The position numbers and the translations under genes are program-made. A stretch of 64,000 nucleotides of DNA from an uncultured Chloroflexia bacterium (GTDB lineage: Bacteria; Chloroflexota; Anaerolineae; Anaerolineales; UBA4823). The stretch is from NCBI GenBank assembly GCA_963702535.1, contig CAVPDG010000004.1:94609-158608 (forward strand). Direction: 5' to 3'. Below, piece by piece: positions 1 through 9,464 of the stretch (position 1 is the stretch's first letter; each line of letters begins with the position of its first letter). The notes under the pieces were generated by a model, which did not search any database, was not told the origin of the DNA, and saw only the letters and a list, made by a program, of their open reading frames with translations.

Positions 1-2
1 TT

Positions 3-335
3 ACTTTCGCCAATGAATATCGCCCGTTCCGCATTTCGTCCCGCGCAACGGGCGATCCGTTTGTCATCGAGCTGCCTCTGCGTGACTTTGCTCGCTATAT
101 CGATAAATCCATCTTCCTGGAGAAGCGCCTGTGGCTTACCGAGCGCCTGGAGAGTTACCAGTATTACACCCAGGCTGAGTTCCTCGAAGTATTTTCTCGC
201 CTGGGTCTCTATATCGACGAGCTGCGCACACTGACGGTCAACTACGAGAAATGGCAGGCGGAGGTCGAGATCCTGACCCCCGGCGTTGACTTCCCCGTCG
301 AGCACATCCTCATCCTGGCTTGCAAGCCTGCATAG
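3..335 (+). CDS. 3' end of a gene truncated by the window edge; function unknown
   Basis: Frame 3 is open from the window edge to TAG at 333-335. It is absent from the ORF track because no start codon lies in the window. The translation ...FVIELPLRDFARYIDKSIFLEKRLWLTERLESYQYYTQAEFLEVFSRLGLYIDELRTLTVNYEKWQAEVEILTPGVDFPVEHILILACKPA looks like ordinary globular protein. No family recognised. Confidence 0.5.
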   Translation, partial: TFANEYRPFRISSRATGDPFVIELPLRDFARYIDKSIFLEKRLWLTERLESYQYYTQAEFLEVFSRLGLYIDELRTLTVNYEKWQAEVEILTPGVDFPVEHILILACKPA

Positions 336-342
336 ACCGGGC

Positions 343-1464
343 TTACCCCGCTTCGCCGCTACTCAGCTTGCGTTGCTCCAGTGAGTGCCCTAGAAGCTGT
401 TCGATCGTTCGCACCATTGGCAGGTCATCTTGTGTGACCAGTGAGAGGGCAATCCCCCTGCGCGCCATGCGTCCTGTGCGTCCAATTCGATGCGTATAGG
501 CGTCCGCTGTATCAGGCATGTCGTAATTGATGACGTGCGATATTTGTGATACATCGATCCCGCGCGCGGCAATATCCGTTGCCACCAGTATCTTCACTCT
601 GCCGCTGCGAAAGTTGTCCATCGCTAGCTGCCGCTGGTTCTGGGATAGATTGCCTTGCAGCGAGGTCGCTGGCAAACCGGCTTTCACGAGTTGTGTAGCC
701 AGTTTTTTGGCGCGATGTTTGGTGCGGGTAAATACCAGCACCTGACTACTGCCCGGTTTTCGCAGCAGTGTCAGCAATAGCTCAGCTTTCTGGGTTTGCT
801 CTACCGGATACGCCGCGTGGGAGATTGTCTCGACCGGACGAGATGCGCCGACCTCAACCGTTACCGGGCGGCGCAAGAACTCATTTGCCAGTGCGCGGAC
901 TTCGCTTGGCATGGTAGCCGAGAAGAGCAATGTCTGGCGCGCGGTGGGTAGGGCGGCAAGAATCCGCCGGATGGCGGGCAGAAAACCCATGTCGAACATG
1001 CGATCTGCCTCATCCAGCACCAGGATTTCAATAGCGCTCAGGTTGGCAACATGCTGCTGCATCAAGTCTAATAAACGACCTGGGCAGGCTACGGCGATCT
1101 CTGCACCTGCACGCAATCCCTGGATCTGGGGCAGCGCGCTGACCCCTCCGTAGATCGTAAGGCTACGGATGCCCGTCTTGCGTCCAAGCACGCCGATGGC
1201 AGCGTTAGTCTGTTCGCTTAGCTCGCGGGTTGGAGAAAGGATCAGAACGCGCAGTTTGCCACGCGGTCCCTGAAGCAAGTGTTGGAGGATAGGCAATACG
1301 AAAGCTGCCGTTTTTCCTGTGCCCGTTTGGGCTATACCGAGCACATCTCGTCCTTCGAGAATGGGGGGTATCGTTCTGAGTTGTATCGGTGTTGGAGTGT
1401 GGTAGCCAGCGGCTGAAATCCCCGCAGTGATCTGCGGGTGTAAAGAAAACGAAGTAAAACTCAC
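343..1464 (-). CDS. DEAD-box ATP-dependent RNA helicase
   Basis: Intact 373-aa ORF with the canonical motifs TPIQ (Q-motif region), AQTGTGKT (Walker A), PTRELS, VLDEADRM (DEAD), SAT and HRIGRTGR. Confidence 0.93.
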   Translation of the reverse strand: MSFTSFSLHPQITAGISAAGYHTPTPIQLRTIPPILEGRDVLGIAQTGTGKTAAFVLPILQHLLQGPRGKLRVLILSPTRELSEQTNAAIGVLGRKTGIRSLTIYGGVSALPQIQGLRAGAEIAVACPGRLLDLMQQHVANLSAIEILVLDEADRMFDMGFLPAIRRILAALPTARQTLLFSATMPSEVRALANEFLRRPVTVEVGASRPVETISHAAYPVEQTQKAELLLTLLRKPGSSQVLVFTRTKHRAKKLATQLVKAGLPATSLQGNLSQNQRQLAMDNFRSGRVKILVATDIAARGIDVSQISHVINYDMPDTADAYTHRIGRTGRMARRGIALSLVTQDDLPMVRTIEQLLGHSLEQRKLSSGEAG

Positions 1465-1736
1465 AAAAGGTCCTTTTGGCGTAAGATTGAGCCAAGGCGA
1501 ACCCTAGCCCGTCAGCGTCCTGTATTGGACTGATATAGTCTAATTCCGGCGGCAGTCAGGCGAGTATACCACATAAAAAGATGCTGTCTGAGTCGCCAAC
1601 CTGTCCCCTGGAAATACCATGGAAGTACCGTTTTTCGGGGTGTGATTCGAGTGCGTTTTATCCTACCGGTCCTGGTGATAGCCTGGTCGCTATCTCCTGG
1701 TGCCGGTAATCTGGCCGCTCTGATACGCACGCCCTC

Positions 1737-2588
1737 TTACTTCAAAGAGATATTCTGCTCCACCCAGCGCACCAGCAGCGCCAGTCCCAGCGTCATCACC
1801 AGGTACAGCAGCGCCGCGATCGAGTACGTCCCAAAGAAGTTGAACGTCGATGCCGAGTAGACCTTGCCGAGCTGGGTGATATCCTGCACGCCCAGCACCG
1901 AGACCAGCGCCGAGTCCTTCAGCATGGCGATGAATTCGTTGCCCAGCGCCGGCAGCACGTTGCGCACCGCCTGCGGCAGCAGGATGAAGCGCATCGTCTG
2001 CCAGTAGTTAGCCCCCTCCGTCTGCGCCGCTTCCGTTTGCTCTTTCCCGATCGACTCGATCCCCGCCCGGAAGATCTCCGAGATGAAGGCGCTGTACCCC
2101 AGCGAAAGCGCCAGCACAGCCCGCGCCGTGAAGTCCACCTGGCGCACGTTCAGCTCAGCGATCACCCCCGCCTCGATCAGCGGTCTCCCCAGCCAGTTCA
2201 GCAGCAGGATCAGCGCCGGCGCCCCGACGAATGAGATATAGTACAGAAGCACCAGCATCGGGATGCCGCGCAGGATCTCAACAAAGAAGGACGAGACCTC
2301 CTTCATCCACCGGTAGCTGGAGACGCGCATCAGGCACCAGACCAGCCCGCCCGCCGTCGCCAGTGTGTACGATACCACCGAGACGTAGATCGTCGTCCAT
2401 ACGCCCTTGCTGACCGCTGCGAAAATGACGCGGTAGTCCTCGTTGGTGGCGATCGTCCAGAATGCCAGCACCCCCAGCAAGAGCGCTGCCAGCAGCCAGT
2501 AGGGCAGTTTGGAGAGCCTGTCGCTGACAGGGATGAGGTGCGAACGGGAGAGTTGTGTTGCCTCGCTTTGTCCTGCGCTCACGAACAC
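1737..2588 (-). CDS. Polar amino-acid ABC transporter permease
   Basis: 283 aa with several hydrophobic helices. It has the EAA-type loop ...[29 protein letters not shown]... typical of His/Glu/Gln/Arg-family permeases. It lies directly downstream of the binding-protein gene. Confidence 0.9.
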   Translation of the reverse strand: MFVSAGQSEATQLSRSHLIPVSDRLSKLPYWLLAALLLGVLAFWTIATNEDYRVIFAAVSKGVWTTIYVSVVSYTLATAGGLVWCLMRVSSYRWMKEVSSFFVEILRGIPMLVLLYYISFVGAPALILLLNWLGRPLIEAGVIAELNVRQVDFTARAVLALSLGYSAFISEIFRAGIESIGKEQTEAAQTEGANYWQTMRFILLPQAVRNVLPALGNEFIAMLKDSALVSVLGVQDITQLGKVYSASTFNFFGTYSIAALLYLVMTLGLALLVRWVEQNISLK

Positions 2589-2680
2589 CTCCCTGGTTTG
2601 CTGTTCATTATGCCGCCGGAAACAGGGTGCAGGGCGGGCTGCAGCCCGCCCCGCACCACGTTTCCGGAAAGGGTCAGCAG

Positions 2681-4381
2681 TTACTGTGCTGTGGGATCGT
2701 ACAGGAAAAACCAGCGGTTGTTGAGCTGTTCGATGAAGCCATCGTCCTTCATCGTCTGGATCGCCTGGTTGAAAGGCGCTACCAGGTCGGACTTGGGGGT
2801 GAAGATGAAGCCGAAGTCCTCGGTGCCCAGCGGGTCGCCAATGGTCTTGAGCTTGTCCGGGTTGGCGCCGATGTAGCCGCGGCTGGAAGCCGCATCCATC
2901 AGCACCATATCCACATCGCCGGTGAGCAGCGCCTGGACGGCAGCGCCGAAGTTCTCGAAGAGCTTGATGCGCGGGTTGGCTTCATCGCCATCCAGCACGT
3001 CGTAAACGGCGACGTAGAAGTTGGTGGTGCCGGATTGCGAGCCGATGAGCAGGTCGGGGTTGGCGGCGAACTCTTCGGCGGTGGCGAAGCGGTCTTCATC
3101 GGCGCGCACCAGCATGAACTGCTGGGAGGTCATGTAGGGGTCGGAGAAGTCCACCTGCTGCTTGCGCTCATCGGTGATGGTGATGCCATCCATGCCCACA
3201 TCGAACTGTCCTTCCTGCACGGCGGCAATCATCGTGTCCCAGGAGGTCACCTGCCAATCGACGGCGCAGTTGAGCCTGCGGCAGATCTCGTTCACCGCAT
3301 CGTACTCCCAGCCCACTGCTTTGCCACTCGCCGGGTCGACGAAGTTGAGCGGGGTGTAATCGTTGCCGGTCACCGCTACGACGGTACGCCCGTTCAGGTC
3401 GGGGAGCTGGTCATAGCTGTCTGCCGCGTTCGGATCGGTCAGGAAGAACCAGCGATTGTTCAGGTAATCCAGGTAGCCGTCAGCTTTCATCTGCGCGATC
3501 GCCTGGTTGAAAGGCGCTACCAGGTCGGACTTGGGGGTGAAGATGAAGCCGAAGTCCTCGGTGCCCAGCGGGTCGCCAATGGTCTTGAGCTTGTCCGGGT
3601 TGGCGCCGATGTAGCCGCGGCTGGAAGCCGCATCCATCAGCACCATGTCCACATCGCCGGTGAGCAGCGCCTGGACGGCAGCGCCGAAGTTCTCGAAGAG
3701 CTTGATGCGCGGGTTGGCTTCATCGCCATCCAGCACGTCGTAAACGGCGACGTAGAAGTTGGTGGTGCCGGATTGCGAGCCGATGAGCAGGTCGGGGTTG
3801 GCGGCGAACTCTTCAGCGGTGGCGAAGCGGTCTTCATCGGCGCGCACCAGCATGAACTGTTGGGAGGTCATGTAGGGGTCGGAGAAGTCCACCTGCTGCT
3901 TGCGCTCATCGGTGATGGTGATGCCATCCATGCCCACATCGAACTGTCCTTCCTGCACGGCGGCAATCATCGTGTCCCAGGAGGTCACCTGCCAATCGAC
4001 GGCGCAGTTGAGCCTGCGGCAGATCTCGTTCACCGCATCGTACTCCCAGCCCACTGCTTTGCCACTCGCCGGATCGACGTAATTCAGTGGCGTGTAATCG
4101 TTGCCCGTTACTGCCACGACGGTGCGCCCTTCCAGGTCGGGCAGGCGCAGCGTATTTGGCGCTCCCTCTGGCACGGGCGCCGTGGTCGCCTCCGGTGCCG
4201 GCGCCTCTGTGATGATTGCCGTAGGCTCGGCGGTGGGCGCTTCGGTCGGGGCTGCGGTCGGTACTTCCGCCGGCGCTTCGCTTGCAGCCGGCGCCTGGGT
4301 GGCTGCTGGGGTCGCTGCCCCGCCGCACGCCGCCAGCGCCAGGCTCAATAAGATGAGTAGACAAAAGATCGTTCTCTTCAT
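2681..4381 (-). CDS. Lipoprotein with two tandem amino-acid ABC substrate-binding domains
   Basis: 566 aa. Lipoprotein signal [21 protein letters not shown], then an Ala/Pro/Thr-rich linker. Two nearly identical type-3 solute-binding domains of about 246 aa follow ([16 protein letters not shown]...[19 protein letters not shown]...[17 protein letters not shown]). Confidence 0.88.
   Translation of the reverse strand: MKRTIFCLLILLSLALAACGGAATPAATQAPAASEAPAEVPTAAPTEAPTAEPTAIITEAPAPEATTAPVPEGAPNTLRLPDLEGRTVVAVTGNDYTPLNYVDPASGKAVGWEYDAVNEICRRLNCAVDWQVTSWDTMIAAVQEGQFDVGMDGITITDERKQQVDFSDPYMTSQQFMLVRADEDRFATAEEFAANPDLLIGSQSGTTNFYVAVYDVLDGDEANPRIKLFENFGAAVQALLTGDVDMVLMDAASSRGYIGANPDKLKTIGDPLGTEDFGFIFTPKSDLVAPFNQAIAQMKADGYLDYLNNRWFFLTDPNAADSYDQLPDLNGRTVVAVTGNDYTPLNFVDPASGKAVGWEYDAVNEICRRLNCAVDWQVTSWDTMIAAVQEGQFDVGMDGITITDERKQQVDFSDPYMTSQQFMLVRADEDRFATAEEFAANPDLLIGSQSGTTNFYVAVYDVLDGDEANPRIKLFENFGAAVQALLTGDVDMVLMDAASSRGYIGANPDKLKTIGDPLGTEDFGFIFTPKSDLVAPFNQAIQTMKDDGFIEQLNNRWFFLYDPTAQ
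2757..4071. repeat. Intragenic tandem duplication, period 738 bp
   Basis: 2757-3333 and 3495-4071 align base for base at offset 738. I could see only 3 mismatches, at about 2908/3646, 3067/3805 and 3123/3861, and all are synonymous. Sequence outside this core is clearly more diverged. Confidence 0.9.
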
Positions 4382-4452
4382 GATTCTTCACTCCTGCTTT
4401 GGTTAGGGGATTCTTTTAATAGGATCGAAGGGCTGGTCTTACCAGCGAGGGC

Positions 4453-4481
4453 AGTATAGCATAGAAAGATAGGTCGGACAA
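4453..4481 (-). promoter_or_regulatory. Candidate sigma70-type promoter for the binding-protein/permease operon
   Basis: On the minus strand: TTGTCC (4476-4481), a 17-nt spacer, then TATACT (4453-4458). This sits about 70 nt upstream of the ATG at 4381, which is preceded by AGGAG. Pattern match only. Confidence 0.3.
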
Positions 4482-4849
4482 GAAGGGCTGCGGCGGTTGG
4501 CTGATTCCGGTTCTCAACTCGCTGATTCTCATTACCTGGATGTCATATATAATTATCGGATAATCTCCGTTTCGTTCACTGCCTCGCATGCCTGTAAATC
4601 GCGCTTTCTAGCTTACTTCCCACCATATCCTGTTTGGTCTGATATTCATTTGACCCTGCTTTTCCTGGAATTCGTTATTTCTCTGAGTGGGTATACCCAT
4701 CTATCCTGTCGTGTGTTAAAATTCCCTCCTTATCCCATGTCCGTCTAAAAGATCTCATCCTCCACCCTTTCCTCATCGCGGCTTACCCCGTCCTCGCCCT
4801 GCTCGCTTACAACGTCGAGCAGATCGATTCTCGTATCGCCCTGCGTTCT

Positions 4850-6277
4850 TTGCTCCTCTGCCTCGTTTTTGCCGGCGTGTTGCTCTTGCTCTTCCGCCTG
4901 CTATTCAAGAGCTGGAAGAAAGCCGGCATGCTCGCCAGCCTCACCCTGGTCTTCTTCTTCTCCTACGGGCGCATCTACGCCGCTGCTCGTCTCCTCAATG
5001 AGAGCCCCCTGCCTCTCGGGCGCCATCGCCTGCTCGTCCCGCTCTTCTTTGTCCTGTGGGTCGTCCTTGTCTGGCTGGTTGCTCGCTATCGCGGCGACCT
5101 GCGCACCGGCACCCAGACCGTCAACATCATTGCCCTGGTCGCCTTGCTCTTCCCGCTCTTCGGGTTTATCCAGTACAACATCAACTTAAACGCCGCTCCT
5201 GCCCAATCAGGCAGCCAGGCGCTTGCTCAGCCGCTTTCCGCTTCCGCGAAGCCCGATATCTACTACATCATCCTGGATGCCTACGCCCGCGACGATGTCC
5301 TGCAGGAGCGCTGGAAGTACGATAACGCCGAGTTTCTCCAGGCGCTCCAGGAGCGCGGTTTCTACGTCGCTCTTTGCAGCAAGAGCAATTTCGGTCAAAC
5401 CGAGCTTTCGCTTGCCTCCTCCCTCAACATGCAGTACCTCCAGGACCTCGACCCGCTCTACGCGCCATCGGACAAGCGCACACGTGCCACCCTACCCGCC
5501 ACCATCCGCGATGGCGCCGCCCGCCGCTACCTGGAAGGGCTGGGCTACAAGATCGTCGGCTTCCAGAGCGGGTACGGCTGGACGGATTTGCGCGACGCCG
5601 ATGTGTTCCTCACCCCCCAGGGCGGCTACCGTGAGCAAGCCGGTCTGCTTGGCGGCGCCAACCAGTTCGAAGTCATGCTCATGGATACCTCTGCCCTCAT
5701 CCTGCTCACCGACGCCTCCCTCAAGCTCCCCGCCATGCTCAAGCCCGACCTCCAATCCCACGAGCGCATGCTGCGCGAGCATATCCTCTACATCCTGGAT
5801 ACCTTGCCCAAAGTCCCCCGCTTGCCGGGTCCCAAGTTTGTTTTTGCCCACATCGTCTCGCCGCACTCGCCCTATATTTTCGGTCCGGATGGCGAGCAGA
5901 CCGAGAATGCCGAGCTGGATACCATCGTCGGTTACACCAACCAGGTCAAGTACCTCAACAAGCGTATCCTGCCCATCATCGATGAGATCATCGCCCAATC
6001 GGAGACTCCGCCCATTATCATTATCCAGGGCGATCACGGCTGGGCGCGGGACGAGCCCGAGCGCCGCATGCGCATCCTCAACGCTTACTACCTGCCCGGC
6101 GGCGGGAATGAGGTCTTGTACCCCGATGTCAGCCCGGTCAATACCTTCCGCCTGATCTTCAACCGCTATTTCGACGCCGGTCTGCCCCTGCTCGATGACC
6201 TCAGTTACTACTCAGCCATGTCCTCCCCCTACAATTACATCCCCATCGCCGAGGGTCGCCCCGGCTGTGAGCCATGA
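4850..6277 (+). CDS. Membrane-anchored sulfatase / alkaline-phosphatase-superfamily protein (LTA-synthase-like)
   Basis: N-terminal hydrophobic helices followed by a catalytic-fold region with PDIYYIILDAYARDD, FVFAHIVSPHSPY and IIIQGDHGW (metal-ligand-type motifs). The frame stays open upstream of the TTG at 4850, so the true start is uncertain. Confidence 0.7.
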   Translation: MLLCLVFAGVLLLLFRLLFKSWKKAGMLASLTLVFFFSYGRIYAAARLLNESPLPLGRHRLLVPLFFVLWVVLVWLVARYRGDLRTGTQTVNIIALVALLFPLFGFIQYNINLNAAPAQSGSQALAQPLSASAKPDIYYIILDAYARDDVLQERWKYDNAEFLQALQERGFYVALCSKSNFGQTELSLASSLNMQYLQDLDPLYAPSDKRTRATLPATIRDGAARRYLEGLGYKIVGFQSGYGWTDLRDADVFLTPQGGYREQAGLLGGANQFEVMLMDTSALILLTDASLKLPAMLKPDLQSHERMLREHILYILDTLPKVPRLPGPKFVFAHIVSPHSPYIFGPDGEQTENAELDTIVGYTNQVKYLNKRILPIIDEIIAQSETPPIIIIQGDHGWARDEPERRMRILNAYYLPGGGNEVLYPDVSPVNTFRLIFNRYFDAGLPLLDDLSYYSAMSSPYNYIPIAEGRPGCEP

Positions 6278-6324
6278 ACCCTATTCCACACACCTTGGGG
6301 GTTTCACGATGCTAAGTTCCCATA

Positions 6325-8154
6325 ATGGCAGCTAGTCTGTTCGGACGCTACGAGATCCGCCAGGAGTTGGGCCGCGGCGGCATGGCGCAGGTCTACCTGG
6401 CATACGACCCCACCTTCCGCCGCCAGGTGGCGGTGAAGGTGCTGCCCCTGCATTACCTGGAAAACCCCCTGCTGCGCGCCCGCTTCGAGCGCGAGGCGCG
6501 CCTGATTGCCACCATCGAGCACCCCGCCATTGTGCCGGTCTACGATTTCGGCGAACAGGACGGGCAGCTCTACCTGGTGATGCGCTACATGTCCGGGGGC
6601 TCGCTCGTCTCTCTCATCCGCCAGGGACCCTTTTCGCTCAGCAAGGCTTCGGAGATGCTGTCTTTGCTCGCCCCGGCTTTGGATGCCGTCCATGCCAGGG
6701 GAATTGTCCACCGCGATCTGAAACCCGGAAATATCCTGCTCGACTCGTTCGGCAACCCTGCGCTCTCCGACTTTGGCATAGCCCACTTTTCCGAGGCTAC
6801 CGTTGACCTCACCGGCGCAGCAGTGATCGGCACGCCGGCGTACATGAGCCCCGAGCAGGTCAGGGCTGAGATCGCCCTGGATGGTCGCAGCGATATCTAC
6901 TCTCTGGGCATCATTCTTTACGAGATGCTCACCGGGCGCCAGCCATACCAGGCTGCCACGCCGATGTCCATCGCCATGCGCCACCTCACCGACCCCGTAC
7001 CGGAGATCCGCCGTCATCGCCCCGATCTGCCTGTAACGCTGCAATCTGTGCTGGACCGCGCCCTGGCTAAAGATCGTGATCAGCGCTACCCGCGCGCCGC
7101 CGACCTTGTCTACGATCTGCGCGCCTTGGTGGATGCCTCACCGTCCGGCGCAAGCCCACCTGTCCCGGTCGACGAAGCCACGCAGGTCGATATTACTCCC
7201 CCGGTCGCTCCTCTATCACAAGCGGCTGCGCTCCCCCCCACTCAGGCAGATCCAGATTCTCCTGCCTGAAGAGCCCGCCCTGCCCGTGAACGCCGGAACG
7301 CCGCCCCCCTCTCTCGCCTCCGCTGCACAGACCCCCGCCCTACCGCGCAAATCGACCTACCTTCCCTGGCTTCTGCTGGTTCCGGTGATCTGTTTATTGG
7401 CGCTTGGTCTTATCTTCGCTGTCCGTTACTTGCTGCCCTCTCTCGCTATCTCCCCCTCGCCATCGGCAGCACCTCAGGTTACCCGAGCAGCCACGCAAAC
7501 CCCTGCTGTGACCCTTCAAGTCGTGGATACCGTCGCCCCGCCGGATACGCCGACTCCCCTCGCTCCAACCTCGACGCCGAGCATGACACCCCCCTCCCAC
7601 CTGAGCCTGTGCTCTTCGACGATTTTTCCACCGCTGCCAACGGCTGGCCCCAGGGCAGCCAGGCTGCCGGAAGCTATGCATACCAGGATGGCGCTTATAC
7701 GATCTCGGTTTTGCAAAATGGCGATCTGCTCTGGGCAGCCCCGCAAGCCAGTTTTGCCGATTCGCGTCTGGATGTTCGGGCGCAGCGCCTCTCCGGCGAT
7801 CAAGGCTACTACGGCTTGCTGTGCCGCGTACAGGATGCGGACAATTTTTACTATTTCGTTATCCGCCCCGATGGTTATTTTACGATCGGGAAATACCAGG
7901 CGGGTTCTTTCTCTGCGTTGACCCCCGGCGGTTGGACGTATCACCCCGCCATTCAGACCGGCGAAGCGACGAACCTTCTCCAGGCTGAGTGCGCCGGGGA
8001 CGAGCTGCGCTTCTTCGCCAATGGGCAGTTGCTGGGCGAGGCGCGTGACGCCGCATTTTCTGCGGGAAAGCCCGCTCTGGTGGTGGCTGCTCTGGATGAT
8101 GGGGGTTTCCAGGCTCTCTTCGACGACTTCACCGTTTACTCGCCCGTTCCCTGA
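6325..8154 (+). pseudogene. Ser/Thr protein kinase with Pro-rich linker, one TM helix and an extracytoplasmic C-terminal domain; frame interrupted twice
   Basis: The kinase domain is at 6325-7269 (GRGGMAQVY, AVKV, HRDLKPGNILL, DFG, GTPAYMSPEQ). The TM helix LPWLLLVPVICLLALGLIFAVRYLL and a Pro/Thr linker are readable only in the +1 frame, about 7240-7595. The C-terminal FDDFS...FDDFTVY domain is back in the kinase frame (7609-8154). C-runs at 7233-7239 and 7589-7594 flank the shifted segment. Confidence 0.8.
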
Positions 8155-8191
8155 CCGGGGAGCGCCCGGTAACCACCGGTCCGCTTTTGCC

Positions 8192-9368
8192 TTACAGCTC
8201 GCCCACCGGCAATCGCCCTTCTTTGAGCGCCGCCGTTTGCCCCGGCAGGAAGGGCGCCTCGTACAGCGCCTCGTCCATCTGGTAGCAGCGGAACAGTATC
8301 GGTGATGAAGTGCAGCCGGTCCGCCAGGTCTCCCCAGTAGTCGGCGCCGGACTTTGCCGTGCTGTCCGGCGTCGGGTCGATCTGCCCCAGCAGCTTCTTC
8401 AGGTCAGTGTTGGCGATGTGCTGCAGCGCCGGCGGGAACCCTGCCTTCAGGTCGTCGCCCAGCCGCAACCGTTGGTGCGGCGGCAGCGTGATCGTCATCA
8501 TCGTCTCGGTGGTCATGTACTGCGCCTCGCGCTTCAGGATCTCCAGGAACGCGGCGATGGTGGAATCCAGCCGGGTCAGCCTGCCGAACAGGCGGATCAC
8601 CCCCCAGATCAGGTCGTTCAAGGCGCCCCAGCCGGGGTGCAACGCTTTGAGTAGATTACGGGCAAAGGTCTCCGGCGCCACCACCGGCGCCGCCAGCGCC
8701 TCATTGATCTCCGGCTGCAGGCGCGTCTGCTCGTGGAAGCCGATCTCTAAGTTTGCCAGCAGCAGCAGTTCCGTGCGCGGCTTTTCAACCACCTCGAACA
8801 GCGCCCGGTAATAGTGCTCGAAAGCCTGCCGCAGGTAGCGCTGCCCCTCCGGCGGCTCGCCCGGCAGCAGCTCCTCACAAAAGCTGGTGATCTTCCCGGC
8901 GTCGTACGCCGGGTCCTCCAGGAAAGCCGCGTTGAAGCGGGCAAAGGCTCTCCCAATCTCGGCGAAGACCTTCAGGTTGCCGCGCGCCACCGCCTCGCTC
9001 GCCCGCTCGAAAGCCGCCTGTGGGTCGTACGCCTTCCACAGCACCTCCATCAGATCCTCGATCTTGAGCCTGGCGCCCAGCCAGCGCGCCGCCTCCAGTA
9101 GCTCCTGCAGCGCCTCTTGCGCCGCGGCTTCCGAGCCCAGCATCAGCGTCAGCGTGCGCCCCAAATCTTCCTTGCGGATCGTCTGCCCCGCCTGTTTGGA
9201 TGCCCACGTAGCGAAGGCGCACCAGTTGGCGCCTCCGCCCGTGCGCTCTGCCAGCGCCAGCCCCAGCTCGTGGTAGCACTGCGTGATCTGCAGGTTGCGC
9301 ATCACCGGGTCGGCGAGATTGGCGATGCGCTCGACATCGGTAAGGTTGGGATCGTTGCCATCAGGCAT
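8192..9368 (-). pseudogene. Conserved hypothetical protein with a probable frameshift near its 3' end
   Basis: The ORF 8136..9368 is protein-like (…NLQITQCYHELGLALAERTGGGANWCAFATWASKQAG…) up to ...DRLHFITD at about 8297. It then turns Arg/Gly-rich. Dropping 1 nt at about 8295 gives ...ITDLFRCYQMDEALYEAPFLPGQTAALKEGRLPVGEL with a stop at 8192-8194. Confidence 0.6.
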
Positions 9369-9464
9369 CTGGTAGACCTCATCATTAAAAAGTGTTGTTC
9401 CTGGTCTATAAAGCGGCGAAGGCTCATTATACTTCAGCCGGATTCATGGTAAAACCTTTTCCTG

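Noticed and set aside
1465-1736. Possible structured RNA, riboswitch or tRNA in the long spacer upstream of the helicase, and in other spacers such as 20870-21127, 32952-33177 and 56680-56987
   Set aside because: I could not recognise any tRNA cloverleaf, rRNA or known riboswitch consensus by eye, only short hairpins. A covariance-model scan would be needed to exclude them.
2555-4351. 598-aa plus-strand ORF
   Set aside because: It is antisense to the clearly homologous binding-protein gene. It has a repetitive Gly/Val/His/Arg-rich sequence and mirrors the 738-bp duplication. This is a typical GC-rich shadow ORF.
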